Positions 44,564-54,920 are shown, counted from the stretch's first letter. The stretch: 64,000 nucleotides of DNA from an uncultured virus (IMG/VR IMGVR_UViG_3300023237_000001) (IMGVR_UViG_3300023237_000001), one strand, 5' to 3'. The notes: a model not told the origin generated them from the sequence alone. Made by a program: numbers and translations.

Positions 44564-46342
44564 TTATTGCTTTATGGATAATCCCCTTTCAGCCATACGT
44601 AATACTGACCTATCAAAAATTGCGGTTAATTCTGCATTACTATGACTTGATTGTATTATTCCCCCTTCTGCAATATTAGTTCCTAATCGGTAATTGGTAT
44701 GAGAGTAATAGGTGTTTCCAAAACTTAATTTCCTTACCGGGTTTGAAATTGATATAACCCCAGTTTGATTTGTAATAACCGGAGCAGCCATTGAAGAATC
44801 ACAATATAATATTTTTTTAGTAGTTCCATCTACAGACCATGCTATAAAGAAAAATTCATCCGGTGAAGTAGGGGTTATTTCCATTGACGGATTACTATTT
44901 CGATCGGTTAAATAAAGTTTATGGAAATCATTATTTTGGTTATTATTATAGTAACGTTGTTGGAAAATTCCTATACCCCCTTCAGTACCGCTAACATTTA
45001 AATTTCCGGCAATTAATCCTCCATATGCATATGGGTTTAATAAATCATCATCCTTTACCAATTTACCAACTAAGAAAACTGTTTGTTCAGAGGCTTTATC
45101 CGCAAGATGACTTCTTAAACCATGCATGTATGGAGAAGTACCTTCAGCCATCATGCTACAATAATTAGTTTCATTAAAATGCCCACTACCTATGGCGGCT
45201 AATGGTTGGTAAAGTACATTACCCGGTTCTAAATCATTATAATTAGGATTATCTGAACCTAATATCCAGTGACCCACAGCCCCTACTTCTCTTATTGGTA
45301 AAGTAACTCCATCCTGTATTGTTGTATAATCAGAATCCCCAATTGTATTTCTACTTTTTACTCTAATATTATAGGTTTCTTCATAGATAATGGTTGGAGA
45401 ACTTAATATTAATTCTAACCCGGTTAATATTACTTCTACCCAATCTGTTTCACCATCTACCCGGTATTCCAATACATATTCAAGAGCATCATCTGCCGCA
45501 TCCCAGTTAATGGTAAGGTTAAACATTGTGGCTGCAATGGTAAGGTTTGCTGGAACTGCAGGTAAAACGTCCCCTTCAATTAAGGTAGTTCCACAATCAA
45601 ATACCGTATCAAAATCTATTTCATCCCAATTACCATCATCCCATAATGAATAAGCGAAGCATCGTACTTCCAATTCTTCTAATATACCTAAAGGAACATC
45701 TTCACAATAAACTATATTATGGTTTATTCCAGTTAGTGTTGCATCTATAGGCTCGAGCCATTGTATAATTTCTAATAGGTCATTTAAATCTTCTAAAGAA
45801 ATATCTGTATAATCTCCTTCACCTGGGTTATCAGTATTAGAGTTAATTAAAATTGAATAATGAACACAGGTTGGGCAAAGCTCATCCCAATTACCTTCAT
45901 CCCATAACATGGGGTTGTCATTATCTATATCTTGAAAGTCCCATAAAGAATCCTCATGGTAATCAATATCTATAATTACATCGTACCCTAATATTTCTAA
46001 TATAATTTGTAAGGATTCTAAAGTACCTTTGATTTTATATACGGTAACTAAATATTTTAATATTTTCCTTAAGCCTACTAAAGTACCTAGGGGGTTGGGT
46101 GGTGACCCAAGATCATTAGCTATTAAAGGTAGGTATTCATCCTGACAAGTATCTAAATCTCGAGTTCTTTGTATGTATTCTTCCCATAAAGGTTCTATAT
46201 CTTTTAATTCATACCCATATACCTCAAGGTATCTTTGGAATAAACCTTTACCCTGATCATCTTTGTAGGTATCTTTTTGTTTAAAATAAAAAGAAAACTT
46301 TTCCCAAAAGAAGTCTAACCATTTAAATTCTAATATTGCCAT
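44564..46342 (-). CDS. Baseplate wedge protein (P2 gpI-like) with Fn3 and ConA/LamG-like domains
   Basis: YLPLIA..LG..YKIKGT.ES; Fn3 PANL..INW..Y.LEY..YNIRV..N..G.S; beta-sandwich C-terminus. Confidence 0.75.
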   Translation of the reverse strand: MAILEFKWLDFFWEKFSFYFKQKDTYKDDQGKGLFQRYLEVYGYELKDIEPLWEEYIQRTRDLDTCQDEYLPLIANDLGSPPNPLGTLVGLRKILKYLVTVYKIKGTLESLQIILEILGYDVIIDIDYHEDSLWDFQDIDNDNPMLWDEGNWDELCPTCVHYSILINSNTDNPGEGDYTDISLEDLNDLLEIIQWLEPIDATLTGINHNIVYCEDVPLGILEELEVRCFAYSLWDDGNWDEIDFDTVFDCGTTLIEGDVLPAVPANLTIAATMFNLTINWDAADDALEYVLEYRVDGETDWVEVILTGLELILSSPTIIYEETYNIRVKSRNTIGDSDYTTIQDGVTLPIREVGAVGHWILGSDNPNYNDLEPGNVLYQPLAAIGSGHFNETNYCSMMAEGTSPYMHGLRSHLADKASEQTVFLVGKLVKDDDLLNPYAYGGLIAGNLNVSGTEGGIGIFQQRYYNNNQNNDFHKLYLTDRNSNPSMEITPTSPDEFFFIAWSVDGTTKKILYCDSSMAAPVITNQTGVISISNPVRKLSFGNTYYSHTNYRLGTNIAEGGIIQSSHSNAELTAIFDRSVLRMAERGLSIKQ

Positions 46343-48000
46343 TATGGAGTGGTTGTTATATTCATGATAAGATTTTCAGAGTTTAAAATTGGAACTGTAA
46401 AATCATCAAATTCAATATTTTCATTATACGGATAACTAATAAAGATCCACTCCATACCCGATGTATAGGTTGAGTTTGAAATAATGATGGAAATATCATT
46501 ATTAATATAAGGAATATCTATTTCGATTTGTGTTATAAATAGGTTATCTTTTAATAACCTAAAGGTGGTACCATCATAAGCTAACCTCCATTCTTGACGA
46601 GTGGTTGAATTAGGTTGGGTTATAATAACCCCATTTAATTGTAGTAAATGTAAGGTAGGCCTAGCGTAAGCTTGAGTGGTAAGTTTAGTAATATCCAAGA
46701 AATCTACTTCAGGTAAATTATCTACCACAGAATATATATCAGATAACCTTACTTTCCTATTAACATTAGATCCATCAAAATCATATTTATTTAATAGGGC
46801 TAACCTAACGGCAGCTTCACATGATAAAGATTCAACATAATTATTAGCGGTAATATTCATCTCTAAAATAATCAAGGTTTCACCCGATGGAGATACCCTG
46901 ATTTCAGTGGTATACATTTTTCTAAAGTCTACATAGGTTTTGGTAGATTGTAATAAACCAAGGGCAGCTATACCCCCATCAATGGGCGCAACGTAAATAT
47001 CTATAATTTTACCACATTCCCAAAATACATCGGCATATTTAACACCCGGTGCTAATTTTGAAGTATCTATATAATCCTGTTTACTTACCGCCCTATCAAG
47101 GGTTCTTATAGATAAAGGTAATGAAGATTGAATTAAAGTTAAAGATTGTATGTTATCCCCATTAGAAGATTTGTTTGTATTTGTAGTTTTTATTTCGTCA
47201 ATGCCCGCAATGGTTGGTTGAGCAAGCCAATTAGTTATTGTACCAGGATCTACATTACCATTAGAACCTTCAGTTTCATTGTAATTAAGAATAACCGTTT
47301 CCCCTGAGGTGGGAATTAAGCCATTTGTGTTGTCTCCAAATTTAATGTAAGGAATCCTATCTTCACTAACATCGATAATATAGTGTTTATCAAAAGCGTT
47401 TGATCTACCTAGGGTTGTTCGTAATTCCCATAAAATACCTTGTATTAATAATACAGCAGAATCATGGGCGTAATTTGTAGGTAAAGCAAATATTTGATTA
47501 ATGTTACCATTAGTAAACCCTAAATCTAAACCCGTATTACTTGTTACTTGGGATACCGTTAGGTTAAAAGTAGACTCTCCGGCAAGCATTATGTAGTCGT
47601 TTAGTAATAAAAACCTTATGTCATTATTAGTAGCAAATATAGTTCCACTAGGAATGGTTAAGTTAGAACCAATAGGAGTTAAAATATCTGTATTATATAG
47701 GGTAATGGTAAGGTCAGCATTGGATGGTATGGCTGATTTAATCCGGTAATCAAATAATTTGGCATGAGAAACCAAAGAGGTATACCTTTTGGCTTTAACT
47801 ACAAAAGCTTCTAAAGCCATATTGTCAATGTAATAACCCAGTTGAGTCATTAACCCGGCAAACATTGATATAAGTATAATTAATGGGTTGGATTCACTGA
47901 GGTCAGTCATCTCAGGAGTTTGCACGGTTAACTTGGTTATTAAAGCTTGTTTTATAGAACTATAAGAACGGTTAAAATAATTTATCCAGGGGTTGTTCAT
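46342..48000 (-). CDS. Baseplate wedge subunit (gpJ/gp6-like)
   Basis: PEMTD.SES.P, FGD..G.IP, G..GNV, RAVS..DY. Confidence 0.88.
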   Translation of the reverse strand: MNNPWINYFNRSYSSIKQALITKLTVQTPEMTDLSESNPLIILISMFAGLMTQLGYYIDNMALEAFVVKAKRYTSLVSHAKLFDYRIKSAIPSNADLTITLYNTDILTPIGSNLTIPSGTIFATNNDIRFLLLNDYIMLAGESTFNLTVSQVTSNTGLDLGFTNGNINQIFALPTNYAHDSAVLLIQGILWELRTTLGRSNAFDKHYIIDVSEDRIPYIKFGDNTNGLIPTSGETVILNYNETEGSNGNVDPGTITNWLAQPTIAGIDEIKTTNTNKSSNGDNIQSLTLIQSSLPLSIRTLDRAVSKQDYIDTSKLAPGVKYADVFWECGKIIDIYVAPIDGGIAALGLLQSTKTYVDFRKMYTTEIRVSPSGETLIILEMNITANNYVESLSCEAAVRLALLNKYDFDGSNVNRKVRLSDIYSVVDNLPEVDFLDITKLTTQAYARPTLHLLQLNGVIITQPNSTTRQEWRLAYDGTTFRLLKDNLFITQIEIDIPYINNDISIIISNSTYTSGMEWIFISYPYNENIEFDDFTVPILNSENLIMNITTTP

Positions 48001-48002
48001 GT

Positions 48003-48407
48003 TTATTGAGTTATTTCCCTATAAAATGGGAAAGTAAATATATCTTCTTGTTGGGTATCAATAATTCGATAGGTTAATTGTACTGATACTTTATCAAAGG
48101 CTGTTGTTTCAATATCTACGGCTATTAATATAATCCTTTTTTCCCATGTGTTAAGTGCGTCAATTACAAATTGATCTATTAGGGAAATTAAAATACCATC
48201 ATTAGGTTCATCCAATAAATCAAAAAGTTTAGATCCAAAGGTTTTTAAAAAATATCGACTAAATAAAGGCCAGGTAAGTATGATTAATATAGAAGACCTA
48301 ATTAGGGTTATTCCTGTTTTATAATCGGGCCTGCCATAACCATTAAGTATGATAGGATAAACTATCCCTTTACCTATTAATTGTTGTTGTAATTGAGTGA
48401 TAGCCAT
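48003..48407 (-). CDS. Baseplate gp25/gpW-like protein
   Basis: IRSSI..IL..R.....FGS.L..LLDEPN..AL..WEKRI. Confidence 0.88.
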   Translation of the reverse strand: MAITQLQQQLIGKGIVYPIILNGYGRPDYKTGITLIRSSILIILTWPLFSRYFLKTFGSKLFDLLDEPNDGILISLIDQFVIDALNTWEKRIILIAVDIETTAFDKVSVQLTYRIIDTQQEDIFTFPFYREITQ

Positions 48408-48428
48408 GGTATAAATAGAATGAGCTTG

Positions 48429-49127
48429 TTAATCGGTAAAAGTGTTTGTTGATGTAAGAGCCGTAAGTTGTATTTCAAGGGCGGTTATAGCTGCTACAGT
48501 TGCTGGGTTTGGTGCGGTGGGTAAAGTGGGTAGGGTTGTTATTGTGGTAAAGGTTTTTAAAAGAGCTAATAAACTTGTTAATAATAAAACAGTTTTATTT
48601 CCTTTTAATAAAGGTTCACTTAATGCAGAACCACCCCCAAGAACTACTTTTTGATTATCTATAGAAATACCTTTACCTTTACCTATATAAATTTTATTTC
48701 CATCAATAGTTATTGTACTACCCGCTTTGTTTATTACCGTTATTAAATCTTTAGAATCATCACAGGTTATAATAATACCCTTGGGTGTTTTTAAACCATA
48801 AACTTCTTCTGTAAATTCTTTGGGTTGTTTTTGATTACCATGGGCATGGCCATAACTCCAAAGGGGATAAGCTGCATTACCATATTCAAATTCAACCCAT
48901 ACCATATCCCCTTTTTGTAAAGGAATTTGAATACCACAATCTTCACCTTTCCATCCCCCTTTATGCCAAGCTAAAGTTCCTTGTTTTGTTTTACCCATTA
49001 TTTGGGGAACCGATATTCTTACCCTACCTAATTCTAAGGGGTCATCAAACCCCACTACTATACCTCGATAAGAAGAATAATATTTCTTATAAAACTCAAA
49101 ACCAAAATCTACTAAGTTACTTAACAT
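48429..49127 (-). CDS. Baseplate spike (gpV/gp5 OB-fold)
   Basis: YRGIVV..DDP..LGRVR..VP, GDMVWVEFE.GN...P.W. Confidence 0.88.
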   Translation of the reverse strand: MLSNLVDFGFEFYKKYYSSYRGIVVGFDDPLELGRVRISVPQIMGKTKQGTLAWHKGGWKGEDCGIQIPLQKGDMVWVEFEYGNAAYPLWSYGHAHGNQKQPKEFTEEVYGLKTPKGIIITCDDSKDLITVINKAGSTITIDGNKIYIGKGKGISIDNQKVVLGGGSALSEPLLKGNKTVLLLTSLLALLKTFTTITTLPTLPTAPNPATVAAITALEIQLTALTSTNTFTD

Positions 49128-49132
49128 ATTAA

Positions 49133-50641
49133 TTAATTTTCATCCAGGTCATATTGACCATCAAATGTGTTTGATATAGGCATCCAGGGTATATTAAAAG
49201 ATTCCTTTTTTTCTTGTTCTTTAGTGTTAAAATGTTCTATTTTGGAAGTGGTTTTTTGTTTAATTACATTTATAGCAAAAGGTGTTTTAATTAAACTACA
49301 TGATGTTAGGTAACCTGACCTATCAATTTTATGAGTAACCGATTTAATGTAATATTTACCTTTGTGCATAGAAGCAATTTTACCATTCATATATATACTT
49401 CTGTTGGGTATTAATTGGGGTATACCAAGAGTTGTTAATTCAGCTTGATATTTATCTTGGTGCATTTCCCTAATTAGGTTTTCTAATTTTCTTTCTGCTA
49501 ATTCTGTTTGTTCTGGTACACTCCAATGGTTATATTTACTTACATCATATAAATGAGCGTTAAAAAATAGATTATCTTTAGCCATATTTAAACCACCATC
49601 CCCGGCATTTATCATAGCTGGTCCCCGGTTGGTTATATGGTAATCTGTTTTAATTCCATCTATATAACCAACCGCATCTTCCGGGGTCATACCTTTTTCA
49701 AATGCCGCTTCCAAGTCATTATATAAATCGTTGGTTTCATCTGGGAAATTTGCTTGGGTTTTAAGGTTTTCTAAGGTAGATGAATTTGCATCTATTTCCA
49801 CTCCTATAGTACCTGTTCCATCTGTTCCATTTAATGAACCATATTCAGTGGCTTCCATTTCGTTTTTCCTAACCTGGCTTTTTGGAATAAATGATACAAC
49901 CTCTTCTTTACCATTTCCCACGTTAAAAGTACGTAATACTATTCCCGCAAAATCTCTTTTCCTAATATCAAGGGTACCATCTCGGCCATCTAATAAATAG
50001 GGACCGTCTTTAAGTAATTTAATTTCTTCTTTTAAAACCCTATATACAGACATACCCGCTGGTACAATAGGTTTAACCATAAAAGTGTTATCTTGCCTAA
50101 CACTTATTAAACCATTTAATATGTTTATATCACCCCCGGTTGGTTGTGTTTCATTAGTCCAAATATAACCTTTACTGGATGTTCTTAATCTAACTTTAAT
50201 TCCTTTTAATTTTGCTATAGCTAACCCTTTCATCCATTCTATAAGCCCTTGTTGCTCATCCACATTATGCTGCATGGTTTTTAAATAAGCAACCTGATCT
50301 GTACAAATTAATTCATGGCGTATTGCCCCTGAATCATAATTGGTAATGGTATCTCTTATAGCGATTAACCTTCGAGCGGACATACCTCCAGCGGTATTAG
50401 GATAACCCCATCTTACATATATTATTCTGTCATGTCTTAATGAAGGGTGATCAACAAAGGTTGGGTCATTAAATTTAAATACTATATTACATTTATCATC
50501 ACCTTCTTCATCAAACACATAATTAAATTTATGTACTTCATCACCCAAACTTCTACCGTCTGGGTATTTTAGTAATGAACCATTACCAGCAAAAATCTCT
50601 ACTGTGGGTTTATTAAAACCCTGACTATTCAAATTGTCCAT
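49133..50641 (-). CDS. Baseplate hub (gpD/gp27-like)
   Basis: VRWGY, G.P.L.P, GKYYIKSVTHKID.SGY.T. Confidence 0.8.
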   Translation of the reverse strand: MDNLNSQGFNKPTVEIFAGNGSLLKYPDGRSLGDEVHKFNYVFDEEGDDKCNIVFKFNDPTFVDHPSLRHDRIIYVRWGYPNTAGGMSARRLIAIRDTITNYDSGAIRHELICTDQVAYLKTMQHNVDEQQGLIEWMKGLAIAKLKGIKVRLRTSSKGYIWTNETQPTGGDINILNGLISVRQDNTFMVKPIVPAGMSVYRVLKEEIKLLKDGPYLLDGRDGTLDIRKRDFAGIVLRTFNVGNGKEEVVSFIPKSQVRKNEMEATEYGSLNGTDGTGTIGVEIDANSSTLENLKTQANFPDETNDLYNDLEAAFEKGMTPEDAVGYIDGIKTDYHITNRGPAMINAGDGGLNMAKDNLFFNAHLYDVSKYNHWSVPEQTELAERKLENLIREMHQDKYQAELTTLGIPQLIPNRSIYMNGKIASMHKGKYYIKSVTHKIDRSGYLTSCSLIKTPFAINVIKQKTTSKIEHFNTKEQEKKESFNIPWMPISNTFDGQYDLDEN

Positions 50642-50927
50642 TGGAAATGTTTGATAATTTTGGTATAATTAAAGTGTCCCCAGGATTTAAAAGTAAAGGA
50701 TGATCAATTAAATTTACATCAGCAATAATCCACCAAAGTTTACAGTTTTTATAATACCTATGAGCTATATCTCCCAAAGTATCTGACTCACTAATCAAAT
50801 GATAATTATCATCTGTATTGGCTGTATGAGTTATTTTATCCCGTATTAATATACTATCCCCATCTGGGAATGTTAATATTCTACCTTTTTTAAAGGCACT
50901 GTCTGGAAATTCAAATGATTCTGGCAT
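50625..50927 (-). CDS. LysM-domain baseplate protein (gpX-like)
   Basis: DTLGDIAHRYY....WWIIADVN.I..P..L.PG..LIIP. Confidence 0.85.
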   Translation of the reverse strand: MPESFEFPDSAFKKGRILTFPDGDSILIRDKITHTANTDDNYHLISESDTLGDIAHRYYKNCKLWWIIADVNLIDHPLLLNPGDTLIIPKLSNISNGQFE

Positions 50928-50929
50928 GA

Positions 50930-51901
50930 TTAAACTGTATTACCTCCAGAGATAGCCCCTGTATTTTTTTGTGATTCATGGTCATTTGTTATACCTCCCA
51001 TCATGGTAGTATATAATAAACTGTCTTTGGTAATTCTTTTAAATTCCAAATCTTGGTAAGCTTGAGTGGGTAATAAGGAAGTTGAAAAATATTTCATATC
51101 TTGTTTTGGATCCCTGTAACCCCTGTTAAATAATGAGGTTTCATACGGGGCACTGGTTAATAGCCAATGTTGATCTTTATATAATTTATCATCTTGACCC
51201 CACATTATTCTTACTCGGTGAGGATTATCATCTCCATTTGCTTTGGTTAATGTTTCTAACCACCGGCAAGCATATATAACATCTTCTCTACTATATTTTT
51301 CACTGTACCAATCAACTTTAAATGATAAAGTGTCTTCTGACCCCGTGTAATAATAATAAGGATTGTTTCTACCTATGGTATGTATGGCAGCAAATTTTGA
51401 AGTGGGTTTATAACTAACCTTTAAAGGTATGCAGGGTAAATCAATATAATCATAAGTTTTACCTTCTCCTTGATTAAAATCTAAATCAATAATTCTTATT
51501 CTATCCTTACCTAAAGTATTTTTAACCGTGGCAGTAGCTCTATTTCCCCTTACTCCAAATATTTGGTTCGTGTCATTCTGTTTTTTGGTTTGGCGTTTAG
51601 AAGATTGAAAAATAATGTCATCTCTTAAATTTTTCTTGTTTGGATCTAATCCATCAGCGGGGTCACTTGAGGAATTACGTTTAGCAGATTGGTAAATAAT
51701 ATCATCTCTTAAGTCTTCCTTATTTGGATCTAGCCCATTAACGGGTACATTACCAAGATAACCCCTTTGTCTATCTATTAGTATAACTAGACGTAATAAT
51801 TTCCCGGCAATATTAGCGGCTTTTAGTACTTCTGGAATAACAACTATTTTAGTAGAGGCTGCTCCTATTATTTGAAGGTAAGGTGGTATTAATTTTGCCA
51901 T
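50930..51901 (-). CDS. Tail tube initiator / CIS tube-like protein
   Basis: P..VSY.P......GRN.P.Y.Y.G....LSF, PHRVRIMWG; follows tape measure. Confidence 0.65.
   Translation of the reverse strand: MAKLIPPYLQIIGAASTKIVVIPEVLKAANIAGKLLRLVILIDRQRGYLGNVPVNGLDPNKEDLRDDIIYQSAKRNSSSDPADGLDPNKKNLRDDIIFQSSKRQTKKQNDTNQIFGVRGNRATATVKNTLGKDRIRIIDLDFNQGEGKTYDYIDLPCIPLKVSYKPTSKFAAIHTIGRNNPYYYYTGSEDTLSFKVDWYSEKYSREDVIYACRWLETLTKANGDDNPHRVRIMWGQDDKLYKDQHWLLTSAPYETSLFNRGYRDPKQDMKYFSTSLLPTQAYQDLEFKRITKDSLLYTTMMGGITNDHESQKNTGAISGGNTV
51539..51580. repeat. 42-nt direct repeat shared with tape measure gene (52987-53028)
   Basis: 31 nt identical, 40/42 overall; both copies encode NQIFGVRGNR. Confidence 0.9.
51593..51736. 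repeat. Internal 60-nt duplication (period 84 nt)
   Basis: GLDPNKEDLRDDIIYQSAKR / GLDPNKKNLRDDIIFQSSKR. Confidence 0.85.
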
Positions 51902-53934
51902 TAGTTAAATCCGTCTTTATAATATTTGTCATCTGTTAATTGCTCTACCTTGGTTTGTACCTGAGTTTCCATATCCACAAATACATTTGTAAATACCGAG
52001 GTATTACCCGAGGCTTTATCCGCAGCCGATTGAGTAAGTAGGTAATTCATTAATACCGCAGCCCTTTGTCCACCAATATCACCTTGATTTCTTGCAGAGG
52101 TAAACTCATAACCGGCATCATGCCCCATTGATATTCCAGTGGATGCGTAATGTTGTTGCCTAGCACTTATTCTACCATGGGCCATTTCAGCCCTATGTTT
52201 TTGAGCTGATGATAAAGCATAGATAGCCCCAGTGATTGCCATTAAAGATAAACCTATTGGACCTGATAAAAATGTAAGTGCACTTGTAAGCATAGGCATT
52301 ATTCTTGTTATACCAAATATCCTAACAGTTGCCATTCTTCTGGCTGCGGCAGACCCGGTTACCCGTGTTCCATATCTCTGCATATATCTACCTCCTAATC
52401 CCCCGGCGGCCATAGATACATACCTACCAGCCCCTCTTCTACCAACACCCCTTATAGCTCTTCCGGCAGCATTAGCCCTTAAAGCACCACCTAAAGCTCC
52501 ATAACCACCACCGGCAGCGGCCATATTGGCTGCACCTGCTGCTGCACCAAACCTTGCTGCACCTGCCGCCATTTGACCATAACCTGTTATAGTTAAAGCT
52601 CGAAAACCATTAAAGGCAACGCTGTTTGCCATATACATTAATTTAATTCCAGAAGATATTGCTGCCCAAGCCATGGTAGCTGTTTTAAGGGCAATAAACC
52701 CTGTAATACCCACGGCTAAAAAAGTACCTATATAAGGTGTATCAAATATAGTGGTTGTAATGTTTAATATTTTGGTTAATACAGTGGCACCTATCATTAG
52801 TAAAGGTTCTAAACCTTCGGTAAATGCAATTTTAAAATCATCCCAGGCAGATTTAAGTTGTAATGTTTTTCCCCTTAAGGTATCCATCATTACTCCGAGT
52901 ATTTGATTAGAAGTCCCAGATGAATTAGATATTTTGTTATATAGATCATCCACATCATTTAGATTATCCACCAATAAGGCAGCAGATCTATTTCCCCTTA
53001 CTCCAAATATTTGGTTCATGGCATTCTGCCTAGCAATGTTACCCATCCCTTTTACTTGACCCCCTATCATTTTTAGGATATCTTTCAAGTTTTTTAGGTT
53101 ACCTTGTGAATCTGCAAGTTGAGCAGGTTGTAATCCTAGCATTTTTAAAGCGTCCCCTTGCTTTCCAGTCCTAAATTCCCCAGAGGCTTTGGTAATATAC
53201 CTAACCATGTTTTCTATAGCTGTACCAGCCATGGATCCTTGTATACCCGCATTACCTAAGACACCCACCATCATTGTAGCATCTTCTACTCCGTAACCCA
53301 TGGTTTTTAAGGTGGAAGAAGAATATTTTAATGCTTCACCTAAATCCCATAAAGAAGTGTTGGCAGATACGGTGGCAGTTGTAAGAATATCGGCATATTT
53401 CATGGCATCATCTGGACCTCCACCAAAAGCCTTCATAACATTTGTCATTATATCGGCAGACCCACCCTTACCTCCTAATGAGGATTGGGTTGATCCGGCT
53501 AATGATACTGCTGCTTTAATATTGGCTTGTACTTCTTCGGCATTCATACCCGCCATACCCATAAACTTCATACCAGATGCCACATCAGATGCTGTAAACA
53601 TGGTATCTTTACCTAACTTTCTAGAGGTATCAGATAATGATTGTAATTGTTTATCGGTAGATTGGGTAACTGCCCCTACAGATGCCATTATATATTTAAA
53701 TTCTGCCCCTACCTTAGTCCATTCACTTAAACCCCTTAACATTGAAACCCCGATTACCGCACCCATTGCATTGGCATTCCTAGACATCTCTAGGTTTTTT
53801 CGATACATTGATTGTTGGGCAGCAGACATTGCACGAGTATCCCTAATAACTTGTTTAGCAGGTCCTGAAAACCTATTTACCAAGCCAATTGAAACTCCAA
53901 TACCTATACTACTACTTCCGAATATTCCGACCAT
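51901..53934 (-). CDS. Tape measure protein (TP901 family)
   Basis: LG..T.FTA.DVA.GM..MGMAG, NAGIQGSMAGT; A/G-rich. Confidence 0.92.
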   Translation of the reverse strand: MVGIFGSSSIGIGVSIGLVNRFSGPAKQVIRDTRAMSAAQQSMYRKNLEMSRNANAMGAVIGVSMLRGLSEWTKVGAEFKYIMASVGAVTQSTDKQLQSLSDTSRKLGKDTMFTASDVASGMKFMGMAGMNAEEVQANIKAAVSLAGSTQSSLGGKGGSADIMTNVMKAFGGGPDDAMKYADILTTATVSANTSLWDLGEALKYSSSTLKTMGYGVEDATMMVGVLGNAGIQGSMAGTAIENMVRYITKASGEFRTGKQGDALKMLGLQPAQLADSQGNLKNLKDILKMIGGQVKGMGNIARQNAMNQIFGVRGNRSAALLVDNLNDVDDLYNKISNSSGTSNQILGVMMDTLRGKTLQLKSAWDDFKIAFTEGLEPLLMIGATVLTKILNITTTIFDTPYIGTFLAVGITGFIALKTATMAWAAISSGIKLMYMANSVAFNGFRALTITGYGQMAAGAARFGAAAGAANMAAAGGGYGALGGALRANAAGRAIRGVGRRGAGRYVSMAAGGLGGRYMQRYGTRVTGSAAARRMATVRIFGITRIMPMLTSALTFLSGPIGLSLMAITGAIYALSSAQKHRAEMAHGRISARQQHYASTGISMGHDAGYEFTSARNQGDIGGQRAAVLMNYLLTQSAADKASGNTSVFTNVFVDMETQVQTKVEQLTDDKYYKDGFN

Positions 53935-54117
53935 TTAAGTGGTGTGTTTTAACTTATCTAATTCTTCTGCTTCTGCTATCTGATGTTCTTCGCAGAGATT
54001 TAATAACCTTTTCCTCTTTGTACATGGTAACTTTAAAAATTTGAAGTAATCCATGTTAACGTTATGTTTACAGAGAAAGAAATAATCTTTTTCTAAATCT
54101 CCGCTGGAAAGAAAAAA
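53935..54117 (-). CDS. -1 frameshift extension of the tail assembly chaperone (gpGT-like)
   Basis: Slippery T-TTT-TTC at 54111-54117; the -1 frame is open for about 58 codons and its TAA abuts the TMP ATG. Confidence 0.7.
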   Translation of the reverse strand, partial: FFLSSGDLEKDYFFLCKHNVNMDYFKFLKLPCTKRKRLLNLCEEHQIAEAEELDKLKHTT

Positions 54118-54902
54118 TCCTGTAATTCTAATAATGAAATGGTATGTTTCATTTTGTTAACCGGATTAGTAATTTCTGAAACAGCATTAAAGGTAGGATC
54201 AAATTTATCAAGGTAACCCCTAATTTGACGCATCTCTGCCGCTTTAATATATTGGAAATTAGTTACTGTTATCCATTTTCCTTCAAGTTCTTGTTTAAGA
54301 CCCCTAATTTTAAGTTTAGTATTAATATCAAGATCGCCCTCATCCATTCCTAGCATTAGTTTTTCTATCCCCCTAGTTGCTATACTAAATTTAAATTTAT
54401 TTGACTTAGTGGTTGTAAATTCAACCAATGGGTTATTACCGTTGGGGTATTTAGGACAGGATAAAGGATTAGCTTTAATCCATAATTCTAAGTCTTCCGC
54501 GGATAAAGAAAAATCAGGTAGGTATAATTTTAAATCCTCTATATATCTAGATGGTTTTCCAGTTTCCCATTCATAGGTAAATTTAATTTCTGCACCCAAG
54601 GAATGTAACCTTGATTGTAAAATTATCATGGCAAAATCCAATGATGGTATGTTTTGTACATCATGGCCCATAATTTTACCAGAGGTGGTAAGATCTGTTT
54701 TAATAACTATACTGGCAACAAACATATCGTAATTATCCCCAGACATGGTTGAAGAGATATTTGATAATAAGGAATCATGTTCACCATTTTGTTCTTGTAT
54801 GGTATAACTATGACCTGAAGGTCCAATAAAGGTTTTTAGGTCCCCATATAAAGCTACCTCGGTAATTTCTTTAGGGGTTTGTTCTGTTTCTGGTTTTTGC
54901 AT
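54093..54902 (-). CDS. Tail assembly chaperone / baseplate hub assembly protein
   Basis: Between tube and TMP; PSG....I.E..G, D...I....R..SLG, ends DFFFP. Confidence 0.75.
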   Translation of the reverse strand: MQKPETEQTPKEITEVALYGDLKTFIGPSGHSYTIQEQNGEHDSLLSNISSTMSGDNYDMFVASIVIKTDLTTSGKIMGHDVQNIPSLDFAMIILQSRLHSLGAEIKFTYEWETGKPSRYIEDLKLYLPDFSLSAEDLELWIKANPLSCPKYPNGNNPLVEFTTTKSNKFKFSIATRGIEKLMLGMDEGDLDINTKLKIRGLKQELEGKWITVTNFQYIKAAEMRQIRGYLDKFDPTFNAVSEITNPVNKMKHTISLLELQDFFFPAEI

Positions 54903-54920
54903 CTTTTGTGGAATTTTACA

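Noticed and set aside
51539..53028. Diversity-generating retroelement TR/VR pair
   Set aside because: Only 42 nt, mismatches not adenine-specific, not at a C-terminus, and no reverse transcriptase in the window
53300..53938. Plus-strand 212-aa ORF, and similar ones at 61609..62298, 30586..31062 and 10847..11185
   Set aside because: Antisense shadows of well-supported minus-strand genes
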